NCBI GenBank assembly: GCA_964429995.1 | Contig: CAYSDY010000001.1 | Span: 157,777-221,776 of the forward strand | Direction: 5' to 3' | Length of the DNA stretch: 64,000 nt | Origin: an uncultured Methanosarcinales archaeon | GTDB taxonomy: Archaea; Nanobdellota; Nanobdellia; Woesearchaeales; UBA583 | Part shown: piece by piece, positions 1 through 9,326 of the stretch | Layout of the letters: each line of letters opens with the position of its first letter | Numbering within the stretch: the first letter of the stretch is position 1 | The notes under the pieces: generated by a model | The model's input: only the letters and a program-made list of their open reading frames with translations | What the model was told of the DNA's origin: nothing | The model's database searches: none | Position numbers and translations under genes: made by a program

Positions 1-1
1 A

Positions 2-775
2 GAAAATATTTTTAAAAATATAATGCCATTGTCATTAAACAAAGATTATTTTAACATATTTATGTTTCATACAACAATAGAAGAATTAGTAAAAGATGAT
101 AAATATAATTTTAAGAAAAACTTTTTATCCATACTCCCAAAAGGTTTTAATTATTATGCTGGAGGACATATACATAAAAATATTATAGTTAATGAACAAG
201 ATTTTGTAATTTCATACTCAGGGGCATTATTTCCAAATAACTTTACAGAACTTAAAACATTAAAACCATCATATAACTGTTGTGAATATGACTTTAATGA
301 TAAAAAATTAATAGTAAAACATAAAGAAATAAACACATATGATACAATGCATATTTTAGTAGAAATAAATAATAATACGCCAATAGAAGCAAAGAACATT
401 TTAATAGATTCAATACCTATTAAGGAAGTTGCTGGCAAGATAATTCTACTTGAAATAAAAGGAGTTGTTGATGGCAAAATTAGTGATATTGATATAAATA
501 ATGTTGTAGAAAAGATATATATACATAATGCATTAATTGTTCTTAAGAATACATCAAATTTAAAATCATCATTAAGTCAAGATATTGATAAAGAAAACAT
601 TTGCATTGATAACTCAAAGATAGAACAGGATATGGTTAATAAATATATAAATGATTATGATGAACTAAAAATAGTAGAAAATCTTTTACAACTAAACCTT
701 GAACAATTAGAAGAAGAAACAAAAAAACAATATAATCAAAGAGTTTTAGAAATGATTAAAAAAGTTTTTCAATAA
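2..775 (+). CDS. Probable metallophosphoesterase / DNA-repair exonuclease (Mre11/SbcD-like), C-terminal part; the ORF is open to the window edge with no in-frame stop upstream of the ATG at 23
   Basis: A GGHIH motif (YYAGGHIHKNII) resembles phosphoesterase motif V (GHxH). This motif normally lies ~200 aa into the protein, so the N-terminus is probably outside the window. The TATA-like run directly abuts the ATG at 23, too close for a promoter. No Rad50 gene lies downstream, so Mre11 identity is uncertain. Confidence 0.4.
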   Translation, partial: ENIFKNIMPLSLNKDYFNIFMFHTTIEELVKDDKYNFKKNFLSILPKGFNYYAGGHIHKNIIVNEQDFVISYSGALFPNNFTELKTLKPSYNCCEYDFNDKKLIVKHKEINTYDTMHILVEINNNTPIEAKNILIDSIPIKEVAGKIILLEIKGVVDGKISDIDINNVVEKIYIHNALIVLKNTSNLKSSLSQDIDKENICIDNSKIEQDMVNKYINDYDELKIVENLLQLNLEQLEEETKKQYNQRVLEMIKKVFQ

Positions 776-799
776 ACATTTTACTTAAGAATTTTGAAT

Positions 800-1459
800 T
801 TATTTTTTAATAAAATTAATATAAAAATTACCCTCAAAATGTAGGGTATCATTTACTTTAAAACCTGTATTTTCTATTAAGTTTATTAATTCTTTTTCTT
901 TAAAAAAATAATAAAATCTTTCTATTTTAATATCTTTAAAATTAAAGTAAACTTTCATTATATTTTTATCTGATGTATATTCAAACTTTCCTTTTTGGAG
1001 CTGATTTTCTATAAAGTCTTCTTTTGGAATCCATACAGACATTAAAATTTGTGCATTAGGTTTAAATATTTTTAAAAAGTTTTTTAAGGCTTTTTTTTGA
1101 ATATCTGAATCGGTTAAATGATGAAATGATGCAATGCATATTCCAAAATCAAAATAATTATCAAAACCTTCTATGTTTGATAAGTCTGATTTTATAGTTT
1201 TAAATCCTTTATCTCTTGCAATTTTTAACTGATTTTCTGAAAAATCAAGACCAAAAATATTATCTTTTAAAAAACCTGATTCTTGTGCAAGTTGTAAATG
1301 CCTTCCTGTGCCACATCCAAGATCAATTATTTTTAAGTCGTTTTTTGTGATAGATGATTTTAAGAAATCCTGTACTGGTTTCCAATAATAACTTCTTTTT
1401 TTCTCCCATTCAGTTGAAATCGTATCGTATGCTTTCCTGTTTGCAAGATTTAAATCCAT
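800..1459 (-). CDS. Class I SAM-dependent methyltransferase
   Basis: Motif I IIDLGCGTGRH matches a Rossmann MTase. The tracked ORF (800..1534) runs into tRNA-Gln, so the start is re-set to the internal Met (MDLNLANRKAY) at 1459. Confidence 0.7.
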   Translation of the reverse strand: MDLNLANRKAYDTISTEWEKKRSYYWKPVQDFLKSSITKNDLKIIDLGCGTGRHLQLAQESGFLKDNIFGLDFSENQLKIARDKGFKTIKSDLSNIEGFDNYFDFGICIASFHHLTDSDIQKKALKNFLKIFKPNAQILMSVWIPKEDFIENQLQKGKFEYTSDKNIMKVYFNFKDIKIERFYYFFKEKELINLIENTGFKVNDTLHFEGNFYINFIKK

Positions 1460-1475
1460 TTCAAAATTAAGTTTA

Positions 1476-1548
1476 TAGTCCCGCCCAGATTCGAACTGGG
1501 GTCTCCAGATCCAGAGTCTGAAATGATGGTCCACTACACTACGGGACT
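1476..1548 (-). tRNA. tRNA-Gln (anticodon CUG)
   Basis: A manual cloverleaf fold gives acceptor AGTCCCG/CGGGACT, anticodon stem TCAGA/TCTGG (one G.U), loop CTCTGGA with U33 and anticodon CTG, and a T-arm with TTCGAAT. It is 73 nt with discriminator A and no encoded CCA. A TATA-like tttataaata lies ~30 nt upstream on the minus strand. Confidence 0.8.
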
Positions 1549-1620
1549 ATTGTTAAGATAATAAAATCAATATCCATTTATAAATATAGTGTTGTTAAGA
1601 TTGTTATTATTTTTATCCTT

Positions 1621-1820
1621 TTATTGAGAATTTAAAAAAACACCTAAATTTTAAGAATAGTGTTAGCAAAAAACCCTTATAAGCCCGAATTGAACATATT
1701 CAAAGGAATGATAAAAAATCGCAGTAAAAAAAATTGAGTGATAAATATCCCATCACTTATGGTGTGAATAACTCAAATTGTGCGATTTTTGTTTTATAGG
1801 TTTTTTACAACCCCTATTAT
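1621..1820. repeat. Copy A of a conserved ~200-bp intergenic structured element (TATTGAGAATTT motif ... 77-nt hairpin 1714-1790 ... T-run), ending on the stop codon of the 1817..2560 gene
   Basis: It is near-identical to 6874..7127 outside a 56-nt indel. The outer 10-bp stem is aaaaatcgca/tgcgattttt, with an inner stem ttgagt/actcaa, followed by gttttatagg tttttt. Confidence 0.8.
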
Positions 1821-2560
1821 TCATAATTATTGTTTATTTTTTCTTTAACATAAAATTCTAAAAGATATTTAAGATTTTCTATATCTTCCTGATTATATTT
1901 TAACAGTTTTGCTAATGCAGTTTCATCTCCTTTTAGATATCTTTTCCATAATCTTACCGCTTCAAAACCATCAACACCAACAACTTCTTGAGAACGTTTA
2001 ACGCCTAAATCTTGTTCAATTTTTTTTAAACCACCATAATAACCCAATTCTTTTAAAAGAAAGCGTAAATCAAGATGTATCTTGTTGTCGAATTTACATC
2101 CAAACTTATACTCTATGAAAGGAATATCAAAGGTTTTCCCATTAAAAGTAACTATAATATCGTACTTATCAATTTCAGATATTGCATTTTCTATATCAAT
2201 TCCATTTATAAATATTTTTGACTCTTTCCCATTATAAATTCCAATAAGTGTTATTTCATCACAGTATCTTGAAAGACCTGTTGTTTCTATATCTAAAAAA
2301 CATATGTTTCCAAAATTGGCTAACCTGTAGTGAAGTTTTGAATTTAGTTTATTTTTAAAATAGTTAATGTCTTTATCATCTAAAAAATTTTTAGAGTTTT
2401 CTAATTCTTTTAATATGTTTGAAATTTGTGTTTTTGAAAGAAAATTTATATTTTCTGCGTTGTCTATAAAATCCTGCCATGAATTTATGTTATTTTTCCA
2501 TATTAATCTTTCTGTATCTTCTGTAATGCCTTTTATATGGCAAAAAGTGTTTCTTATCAT
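1817..2560 (-). CDS. RNase H-like fold 3'-5' exonuclease (YprB/COG3359-like, related to the PolB exonuclease domain)
   Basis: ICFLDIETTGL is a DEDD Exo I motif, followed by further acidic motifs. Length is 247 aa. Confidence 0.55.
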   Translation of the reverse strand: MIRNTFCHIKGITEDTERLIWKNNINSWQDFIDNAENINFLSKTQISNILKELENSKNFLDDKDINYFKNKLNSKLHYRLANFGNICFLDIETTGLSRYCDEITLIGIYNGKESKIFINGIDIENAISEIDKYDIIVTFNGKTFDIPFIEYKFGCKFDNKIHLDLRFLLKELGYYGGLKKIEQDLGVKRSQEVVGVDGFEAVRLWKRYLKGDETALAKLLKYNQEDIENLKYLLEFYVKEKINNNYE

Positions 2561-2634
2561 AAGAAATAAAATTTTAAAAGATATTATAAAAGTATGTAAA
2601 CCAAACCTAGTCAGTAAAATATTTTAAAAAAATA

Positions 2635-4593
2635 TTAAAGAGATTTATTGTCTTTTTCTGTCTTTAACATTTGTATAAATTCATCAATCCCCAACTTAAA
2701 CTCTTCATTTTTGCCATCTACTATTTTTCTGCTTCTTATTGATAACTTATTATTTTCAATGTCTTTATCTCCTATTATTATAATATAATTGGGTTTATCA
2801 TTATCTATTGCAAGCCTTATCCTGTTTGCAAGTGTCTCATTGGAATAATTTGATTCAACCCTAAATCCTGTGTTTTCTAATTTATTTTTTATCTGTTCAC
2901 AATATTCAATATGTCTATCTGAAACATTAATGATCTTAATCTGAACAGGTGAAAGCCATAATGGGAATTTTCCTGCAAAATGTTCTATTAAGATTCCCAT
3001 AAACCTTTCAAATGAACCATATATTACTCTATGTATCATGACTGGTCTTACTCTGTTATCGTTTTCATCCACATATGTCATATCAAACCTTTCTGGAAGA
3101 TTCATATCAAGCTGAACTGTTCCACACTGATGTGTTCTTCCAATAGCATCTTTTAGATGCACATCTATTTTAGGTCCATAAAACGCTCCATCACCTGGAT
3201 TAAGTTTATATCCTTTTCCAAAAGCAATAAGAGCAGATTTTAAACCATTTGTTGCATTTTCCCAATTTTCATCGCTACCTATAGAACCTGATTCAGGCCT
3301 TGTTGATAACTCAAGATGGTATGTTAAACCTAATGATGAATATATCTTATCTAAAAGGTTTAAAACACCTATTATCTGCTCTTTTATTTGATCATGTCGC
3401 ATAAAAATATGTGCATCATCCTGATGAAAACATCTAACCCTAAACAAACCAGTAAGAGCACCTGAAAGTTCGTGCCTGTGAACTAAACCTATCTCTCCTG
3501 ATTTTATTGGAAATTCTCTGTATGAGTGGGATTTTGTTTTATAGACAAGAATACCTCCTGGGCAATTCATAGGTTTTATTGCATAATCTATATCATCAAC
3601 CTTTGAAGTATACATATTTTCTCTGTAATGAAACCAATGACCTGATGTTTCCCATAAGGTTCTATTTAACATTATTGGTGTTTTTATTATTTCATAACCA
3701 TCAGCCCTATGTAATTTATGCCAATAATCCATAAGTTCATTCCATATAACCATACCTCTATTGTGAAAAAAAGGCATACCAGGAGCATAATCTGAAATTG
3801 AAAATAAATCCATTTGCTTACCTATTAATCTATGATCTCTTTTTTTTGCTTCTTCAATCAATTCATAATGCTTTTTAAGATCTTGTGATGTAAAAAACGC
3901 TGTCCCATATATTCTTGTAAGTTGCTTATTTGAAGAATCAGCACGCCAATAGGCTTTTGTTGTTTTATCAAGTTTGAAAGCTTTTATCTGACCTGTTCTT
4001 GCAATATGAGGGCCACGGCAAAGATCCATAAATTCACCCTGCACATAAAACTTGATAGAATCTTCTTCAAATTCAATCTCTTTTTTCTCATCATCTTTTA
4101 GTTTATTTAGATTAATTGAATTTAAAAGTTCAAGTTTATACTCATTATTTTTGTAAAATTCTTTAGCTTGAGATAATGAAAGATATTTTGTTTGTATTTT
4201 TAGATCTTCACTTATTATTTTTCTCATTTCATTTTCTATATTTTCAAGATCTTCATCTTTTATGCTATCTTCATCAATATCATAATAAAAACCATTATCT
4301 ATTGCAGGACCTATTGCAAGTTTTGCAGACGGATAAAGCCTTGAAATTGCTTGAGCTAGAACATGTGCAACAGAATGTCTTAAGACTTCAAGTGATTGCA
4401 CATTTTTAGATGTTAAAAATTCAACAGATGAATCTTTAGTTATTTCCGTGGTTAAATCAGTTAGGGTTTCATTTACTTTTGCACATAAACTATCTTCTCT
4501 TAATCTTTGAGATATTGATTCTGCAATCTCAGATAAACTAATACCTGCCCTGAATTCTTTTACATCACCATTCGGAAAACTAATTTTAACCAT
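2635..4593 (-). CDS. thrS: Threonine--tRNA ligase
   Basis: It has an N-terminal TGS domain (MVKISFPNGDVKEF), a second additional domain, a class II core (HRLIGKQMDLF, GLTYHLELSTRPE) and a C-terminal anticodon-binding domain. Length is 652 aa. Confidence 0.9.
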   Translation of the reverse strand: MVKISFPNGDVKEFRAGISLSEIAESISQRLREDSLCAKVNETLTDLTTEITKDSSVEFLTSKNVQSLEVLRHSVAHVLAQAISRLYPSAKLAIGPAIDNGFYYDIDEDSIKDEDLENIENEMRKIISEDLKIQTKYLSLSQAKEFYKNNEYKLELLNSINLNKLKDDEKKEIEFEEDSIKFYVQGEFMDLCRGPHIARTGQIKAFKLDKTTKAYWRADSSNKQLTRIYGTAFFTSQDLKKHYELIEEAKKRDHRLIGKQMDLFSISDYAPGMPFFHNRGMVIWNELMDYWHKLHRADGYEIIKTPIMLNRTLWETSGHWFHYRENMYTSKVDDIDYAIKPMNCPGGILVYKTKSHSYREFPIKSGEIGLVHRHELSGALTGLFRVRCFHQDDAHIFMRHDQIKEQIIGVLNLLDKIYSSLGLTYHLELSTRPESGSIGSDENWENATNGLKSALIAFGKGYKLNPGDGAFYGPKIDVHLKDAIGRTHQCGTVQLDMNLPERFDMTYVDENDNRVRPVMIHRVIYGSFERFMGILIEHFAGKFPLWLSPVQIKIINVSDRHIEYCEQIKNKLENTGFRVESNYSNETLANRIRLAIDNDKPNYIIIIGDKDIENNKLSIRSRKIVDGKNEEFKLGIDEFIQMLKTEKDNKSL

Positions 4594-4724
4594 AGTATAA
4601 AGAATTAAACTTAAAAGTTTATAAAACTTGTGAGATATTTCGTTAAAATTTTATTTTGGATGTTTTTGTATAAATCATAACTTTTATAAAACATCCTTGG
4701 AATTTATTTAATAGGTTATAAAAA

Positions 4725-6794
4725 ATGTACGAACTTATTATTTCTGAAAAACCTCAGGCTGCTGAAAAAATTGCAATAGCTCTTGCAGATTCAGGAGTTA
4801 AAAAATTAAGAACAAATAATGTGAATTATTTTTCATTAAAACACAAAGGAAACGATATAATTGTTGCTTCTGCTGTTGGACATCTTTACATCTTAGGAGA
4901 AAAAGGTGGAGAAAGTTGGGAATATCCTATATTTGAAACTGAATGGAAACCTATTTATGTAGTTAACAAAGAAGCTGTGTACACTAAAGATTACATAAAG
5001 ACTCTGACAGAGTTAGGCAAAAAAGCAAATAGTGTTACAATCGCTTCAGATTTTGATATTGAAGGTGAAGTTATAGGACTTAATGTCTTAAGATTTGCAA
5101 TTGGTAGAACTGATGCGTGCAGAATGAAATTTTCAACACTTACAAAAAATGAACTTATTAAATCTTATGAAAACAAATTGCCTTCTATTGAATGGGGACA
5201 GGCAAAAGCGGGTGAAACAAGACATAACCTTGATTGGTTTTATGGAATAAATTTAAGTCGTGCCTTCACTGAAAGTATAAAAAAAGGAGTTAACCAGTTT
5301 AAAGTTTTATCTTCAGGAAGGGTTCAAGCTCCATCATTGCATTTTCTTGCACAAAGAGAAAAAAAGATAATGGATTTTAAACCTGAAAAGTATTGGGAAA
5401 TTTTACTATTTGCAAATTCTTTAGGAATAGATTTTGAAGCAAAATATGAAACTGATAAGATTTTTGAAAAGGAAACCGCAAATAAAATTGTTGAGAACAC
5501 TACTGGTAAAAATGGATTTGTTAAGGATATAACATCAAAACAATTCAAACAAGCTGTTCCTATTCCTTTTGATCTTACATCTTTACAGATGGAAGCTAAC
5601 ACAATGTTTTCATACACACCAAAAATAACACTTGAAATCGCACAAAAGCTATATATTGAAGGTGTTACATCATATCCTAGAACATCTTCTCAAAAACTTC
5701 CAAAAGAGCTAGAACTTGACAAAATAATTGATAAGCTAAAAAAACAAAAAGATTATGCAATACTTGCTGAAAAAGTGTTAAAAATAAATCCAAAACTTAA
5801 ACCAAATGAAGGTCCTAAAACAGATCCAGCACATCCAGCAATATATCCAACAGGCGAGATGCCTAAAAACCTAAACCCTCAGGAACAAAAATTGTATGAT
5901 CTTATATGCAAAAGATTTTTTGCTGTTTTTGGAAAAGATGCCATAAGAGAAACCAATACTGCAATAATTGATGTTAACTCTTATAATTTTATACTTAAGG
6001 GAACAAGAACTGCTCAAAGAAATTGGCATGAATTGTATGAACCATATTTAAAATTTGAAGAAGTTGAAATTCCACAACTTGAAAAGGGGAAGGAGATATT
6101 TAACAAAGAAATTAAAAATACTGAAAAAGAAACTTCTGCTCCAAAACGTTATACGCAGGCCTCAATAATAAAAGAACTTGAAAAAAGAAATCTTGGAACA
6201 AAAGCAACAAGAGCTGCTATTCTTGAAAGTCTTTACAGTAGAGGATATATTGTTGATAAATCTATAAAAGTTACAGAATTAGGACTTAAGATGGATGAGG
6301 TAATATCACAGGAATTACCTATAATTGTAGACGAAAAACTTACACGGGAATTTGAAGAAGAAATGCAAAAAATAAGAGATGGAAAATCTACTCCTGAAAA
6401 AATACTTAATACTGCAAAAGAAAAATTAATGTCTGTACTTAGCGATGTTAAAAAAAAAGAAAAAGAACTTGGAATAAAACTTGCAGGAGCAAATTATCAA
6501 GCACAAAAAGAACTTGATAAATTTGGCAAATGTCCTGTATGTGGCGTTGGGGATATAGTATTAAGAAAATCACATAAAACAAACAAAAGATTTGCTGGAT
6601 GCAATAATTATCCAAAATGTACAAACATATATCCTTTGCCACAAGAAGGTAGTATAGAAAAACTTGATAATCCATGCCCTGAATGCTCTGCTCCAATGAT
6701 AGTTTTAAACCGTAAAGGTAAAAAACCTTGGAGATTTTGCATAAATCCAAATTGCCCTTCAAAAAAGAATGAAAAGGCAGAGCAAGAGAGTTGA
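4725..6794 (+). CDS. topA: DNA topoisomerase I, type IA (archaeal TopA / topo III-like) with C-terminal zinc ribbons
   Basis: A Toprim N-terminus (ELIISEKPQAAEKIA) and the active-site Tyr motif GVTSYPRTSS are present. The C-terminus carries CPVCG...CNNYPKC and CPECSAP...CINPNCP zinc ribbons. No helicase domain is present, so it is not reverse gyrase. Confidence 0.85.
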   Translation: MYELIISEKPQAAEKIAIALADSGVKKLRTNNVNYFSLKHKGNDIIVASAVGHLYILGEKGGESWEYPIFETEWKPIYVVNKEAVYTKDYIKTLTELGKKANSVTIASDFDIEGEVIGLNVLRFAIGRTDACRMKFSTLTKNELIKSYENKLPSIEWGQAKAGETRHNLDWFYGINLSRAFTESIKKGVNQFKVLSSGRVQAPSLHFLAQREKKIMDFKPEKYWEILLFANSLGIDFEAKYETDKIFEKETANKIVENTTGKNGFVKDITSKQFKQAVPIPFDLTSLQMEANTMFSYTPKITLEIAQKLYIEGVTSYPRTSSQKLPKELELDKIIDKLKKQKDYAILAEKVLKINPKLKPNEGPKTDPAHPAIYPTGEMPKNLNPQEQKLYDLICKRFFAVFGKDAIRETNTAIIDVNSYNFILKGTRTAQRNWHELYEPYLKFEEVEIPQLEKGKEIFNKEIKNTEKETSAPKRYTQASIIKELEKRNLGTKATRAAILESLYSRGYIVDKSIKVTELGLKMDEVISQELPIIVDEKLTREFEEEMQKIRDGKSTPEKILNTAKEKLMSVLSDVKKKEKELGIKLAGANYQAQKELDKFGKCPVCGVGDIVLRKSHKTNKRFAGCNNYPKCTNIYPLPQEGSIEKLDNPCPECSAPMIVLNRKGKKPWRFCINPNCPSKKNEKAEQES

Positions 6795-6873
6795 TTTAAT
6801 AATTTTTTATCTACTAAAACTTGTAATTGTTATTTGATGTTAAATATTTTTTTTTAATTATAAGAACTAAGAA

Positions 6874-7127
6874 TTATTGAGAATTTTTAAAAAACCCAAA
6901 AAATTCTCAGAAAAGTGTTATCAAAAAACCCTTATAAGTTCTAATTGAACAAGTTCAACTCCAAATTTATTCCTTTTAATATTCCACGGTATAGCAGTGG
7001 AGTATTAAAAGGAATGATCAAAAATCGCAGTAAAAAAATTTGAGTGATAAATATCCCATCACTTATGGTGTGAACAACTCAAATTTTGCGATTTTTGTTT
7101 TATAGGTTTTTTACAACCCTCTATTAT
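6874..7127. repeat. Copy B of the conserved intergenic structured element (77-nt hairpin 7020-7096 plus an extra 45-nt palindrome 6970-7014), ending on the stop codon of the 7124..7663 gene
   Basis: It aligns to 1621..1820 with 3 substitutions inside the 77-nt hairpin. Its middle stem is a perfect 10 bp here (aaatttgagt/actcaaattt). Confidence 0.8.
6970..7014. repeat. Near-perfect palindrome (18-bp stem, 9-nt loop) present only in copy B of the element
   Basis: The arms are ttccttttaatattccac and gtggagtattaaaaggaa with loop ggtatagca, which gives one U.G position. In copy A it is replaced by the short tract atattc. Confidence 0.75.
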
Positions 7128-7663
7128 TTTAGCATATGATATGATAATACTTCTATTTCTTTATACATTGCTGTTGAATCATTTGCTAATATTTTATGAC
7201 AATTATTATCATATGTTGCATCCTCTTGAGAAAATATGATTGTGAAACGATTACAATCAAGTTCATCAGAATATATTCCTGTTATTTTAAAGGATGCAAG
7301 TATTCTATCTAAAAGATACCTTGTATCTGAGGTAATGCTAAAATTTCCTTCTTTATATATGTAAACTGTTTTTTGCGATTTTATTGATGATGCTAGGTTT
7401 TTCATTGCTAAATTGCCTTCAAATCCTGCAATATCTGTATAAATAAAAGTATATCCTGATTTTACAGAACCCCAGAAAACCTGCCCATCAGAATTAAATT
7501 GTTGCAGTGGAATATCCTGCTGTTTATTCGATGATGAAAAAGATCCACTAGAAACTGCAATACCTAGTACTGATAATACCATCAATAATAAAAGAAATAT
7601 ACTAGTGTAAACTGTTTTTTTATCTACAATATCATCGTTTGTTTTTCTTGATGCTTTAACCAT
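7124..7663 (-). CDS. Hypothetical membrane-anchored protein (N-terminal TM, extracytoplasmic domain)
   Basis: The N-terminal hydrophobic helix is IFLLLLMVLSVLGIAV. No motif is recognised. Confidence 0.5.
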   Translation of the reverse strand: MVKASRKTNDDIVDKKTVYTSIFLLLLMVLSVLGIAVSSGSFSSSNKQQDIPLQQFNSDGQVFWGSVKSGYTFIYTDIAGFEGNLAMKNLASSIKSQKTVYIYKEGNFSITSDTRYLLDRILASFKITGIYSDELDCNRFTIIFSQEDATYDNNCHKILANDSTAMYKEIEVLSYHMLK

Positions 7664-7664
7664 T

Positions 7665-7904
7665 TTATAGCCAATCTCCTTTTTTTGTTAAAATAGCGTT
7701 TCCTGCAGTTTTAGGTGCATTTGCAAGAAAACTTTCCCTAAATAAAATATATTCCTCAATGGTCTTAGGCTTATCAGATTCATCCCTAAAACAAGTTGGT
7801 TGTATTATTTTAAAATCAGATTTTACACCTATATCTTTTAGTGCAATCATAAAGTTATCCATTATTTCTTTTGCCTGTTTTTTTACAAGATCATGTTCTT
7901 CCAT
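7665..7904 (-). CDS. gatC: Possible Asp/Glu-tRNA amidotransferase subunit C (GatC-like); start re-set to the internal Met
   Basis: The C-terminus FRESFLANAPKTAGNAIL resembles the GatC C-terminal ...ALxNAP..DGYF.VP motif. A TATA-like element (tttttaaatat) lies upstream of the internal ATG at 7904. The tracked 125-aa ORF has an implausible hydrophobic N-terminal extension. Confidence 0.35.
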   Translation of the reverse strand: MEEHDLVKKQAKEIMDNFMIALKDIGVKSDFKIIQPTCFRDESDKPKTIEEYILFRESFLANAPKTAGNAILTKKGDWL

Positions 7905-8049
7905 AATATCTATACTATCACAATATTTAAAAATTTTTATATTTTTTTTGTGATTATAAATATTAATAAGAGATAATTCAATGATTTTTAACCTGACTAA
8001 CGTTAAGCTATATGATGTTAAAATTGCTTTAAAATAAAACAAAAATTTG

Positions 8050-8907
8050 TTAATTTCTCATAAGTGTTGTCCAAAAAAGCACAAATATCATGACTATTGT
8101 ACTGAATATGAAAAAAAATACCGTATATCCTAAACTGTTAAATAAGAATGTTGTAATAAAACCTAAAAATACTATCATCATTGATGAATACCAAGAAAAT
8201 TTGTGTCTGAAAAATACTTCAAAACCAACTGTGCCAAGTATAGGAATCAGTCCAACGATTGCAATCCAATAAGTATAACCTAAAAACCATAAAAATATTT
8301 TATCGTTTGTTAAATTGTACAACATTTTAAATATGAAACCTGTAAGAACAAAATACACATAGCTAAGAAAAAGTATTTTTGAATACCTTAAGTTTGAAAC
8401 CATTATATAATAATCCTCAAGATTTTGCTGAGTTCCTAAATACCTGTGTCTTATTTTTGAATATTCGTAACTCCATACTGAAGTAAACATTATTGTTCCT
8501 AATGACAAAATGTATATTGCTAAGGATATAAAGTAAAGTGGAATATGATGAAATTTTTTAAACCTAAATGATAACCTGCTATAATTCATTGCCCAGTACC
8601 TATCAAATTCTGGAATTTTTAAACGAATATCAAAGCCTAATTTAAAAGAGAAATAACGCAAGAAGATCATCATGCATGAAAAAAGTGTAAAGGTATAAAT
8701 GCCAAATATCACAAAATACCCCAATATATTATTGTCTGTATTATTGAATCTTGCAAATGTCATTGAAAACATGAATCCTAATATTAAAGAAATTGCAAGT
8801 ATGTTTTTTTTTTCTTTGCTATTTAACAAAGTGCTTTCCATATTTTTTAGTCTCAATAAAGGTTTATAAATTATTCTATAATCTATTTTATAGTGATTAG
8901 GTAACAA
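8050..8907 (-). CDS. Hypothetical polytopic integral membrane protein
   Basis: Its 285 aa contain multiple hydrophobic segments. No family is recognised. Confidence 0.5.
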   Translation of the reverse strand: MLPNHYKIDYRIIYKPLLRLKNMESTLLNSKEKKNILAISLILGFMFSMTFARFNNTDNNILGYFVIFGIYTFTLFSCMMIFLRYFSFKLGFDIRLKIPEFDRYWAMNYSRLSFRFKKFHHIPLYFISLAIYILSLGTIMFTSVWSYEYSKIRHRYLGTQQNLEDYYIMVSNLRYSKILFLSYVYFVLTGFIFKMLYNLTNDKIFLWFLGYTYWIAIVGLIPILGTVGFEVFFRHKFSWYSSMMIVFLGFITTFLFNSLGYTVFFFIFSTIVMIFVLFWTTLMRN

Positions 8908-8916
8908 AAATTAAAA

Positions 8917-9297
8917 ATGAATGGAGAAAAAAATATAAGAACTAAAGATGATAAGTTAAAACCTTTATTGCCAACTTTAAGAGATAAAAAAAGATTTATT
9001 AAAATAAAAGTGATACCTGTTGATGAAATTAATTTTAAGTTTGACTTTAATTCTGTTTCTAATGGAATCATTACTGGTGTTATGTTTTTTGCTGGTGCTA
9101 TAGATTATGGTAATTGTGGACTTTGGATACTTAAAGATAAATTTGATTTTGAAAAACAGGAACTTGTTGTAAGAGTATCTTTAAAATATTTTAAAAAGAT
9201 AATCGCATCATTGTTACTTATTAATTCTATTGATTCAAAAAAAATAAAAATTGAAACTATCAAGGTTAGTGGTACATTAAAACAAGTGTGTTCTTAA
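8917..9297 (+). CDS. rnp2: RNase P protein component 2 (Pop5/Rpp14 homolog)
   Basis: LPTLRDKKRFIKIKVI matches the archaeal Pop5 N-terminal LPPTLRDKKRYI motif. Length is ~126 aa. Confidence 0.6.
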   Translation: MNGEKNIRTKDDKLKPLLPTLRDKKRFIKIKVIPVDEINFKFDFNSVSNGIITGVMFFAGAIDYGNCGLWILKDKFDFEKQELVVRVSLKYFKKIIASLLLINSIDSKKIKIETIKVSGTLKQVCS

Positions 9298-9326
9298 TTT
9301 TTTTCCTATTAAGAATAATGTAAGAA

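Noticed and set aside
154-477. Many 60-110 aa ORFs antisense to or nested in long genes (e.g. 154-477, 2367-2627, 4176-4409, 5324-5617, 6448-6762, 13144-13490, 15672-15998, 27798-28076, 31669-32007, 53879-54184, 55358-55579, 60472-60867, 61987-63491)
   Set aside because: They are low-complexity, stop-poor frames expected in ~28% GC DNA. Each overlaps a confidently identified gene on the other strand or frame, and none has a recognisable motif.
800-1534. Tracked ORF 800..1534 extends 75 nt past an internal Met into tRNA-Gln
   Set aside because: The first 25 codons are the reverse complement of the tRNA-Gln gene (1476-1548). The start is moved to Met at 1459.
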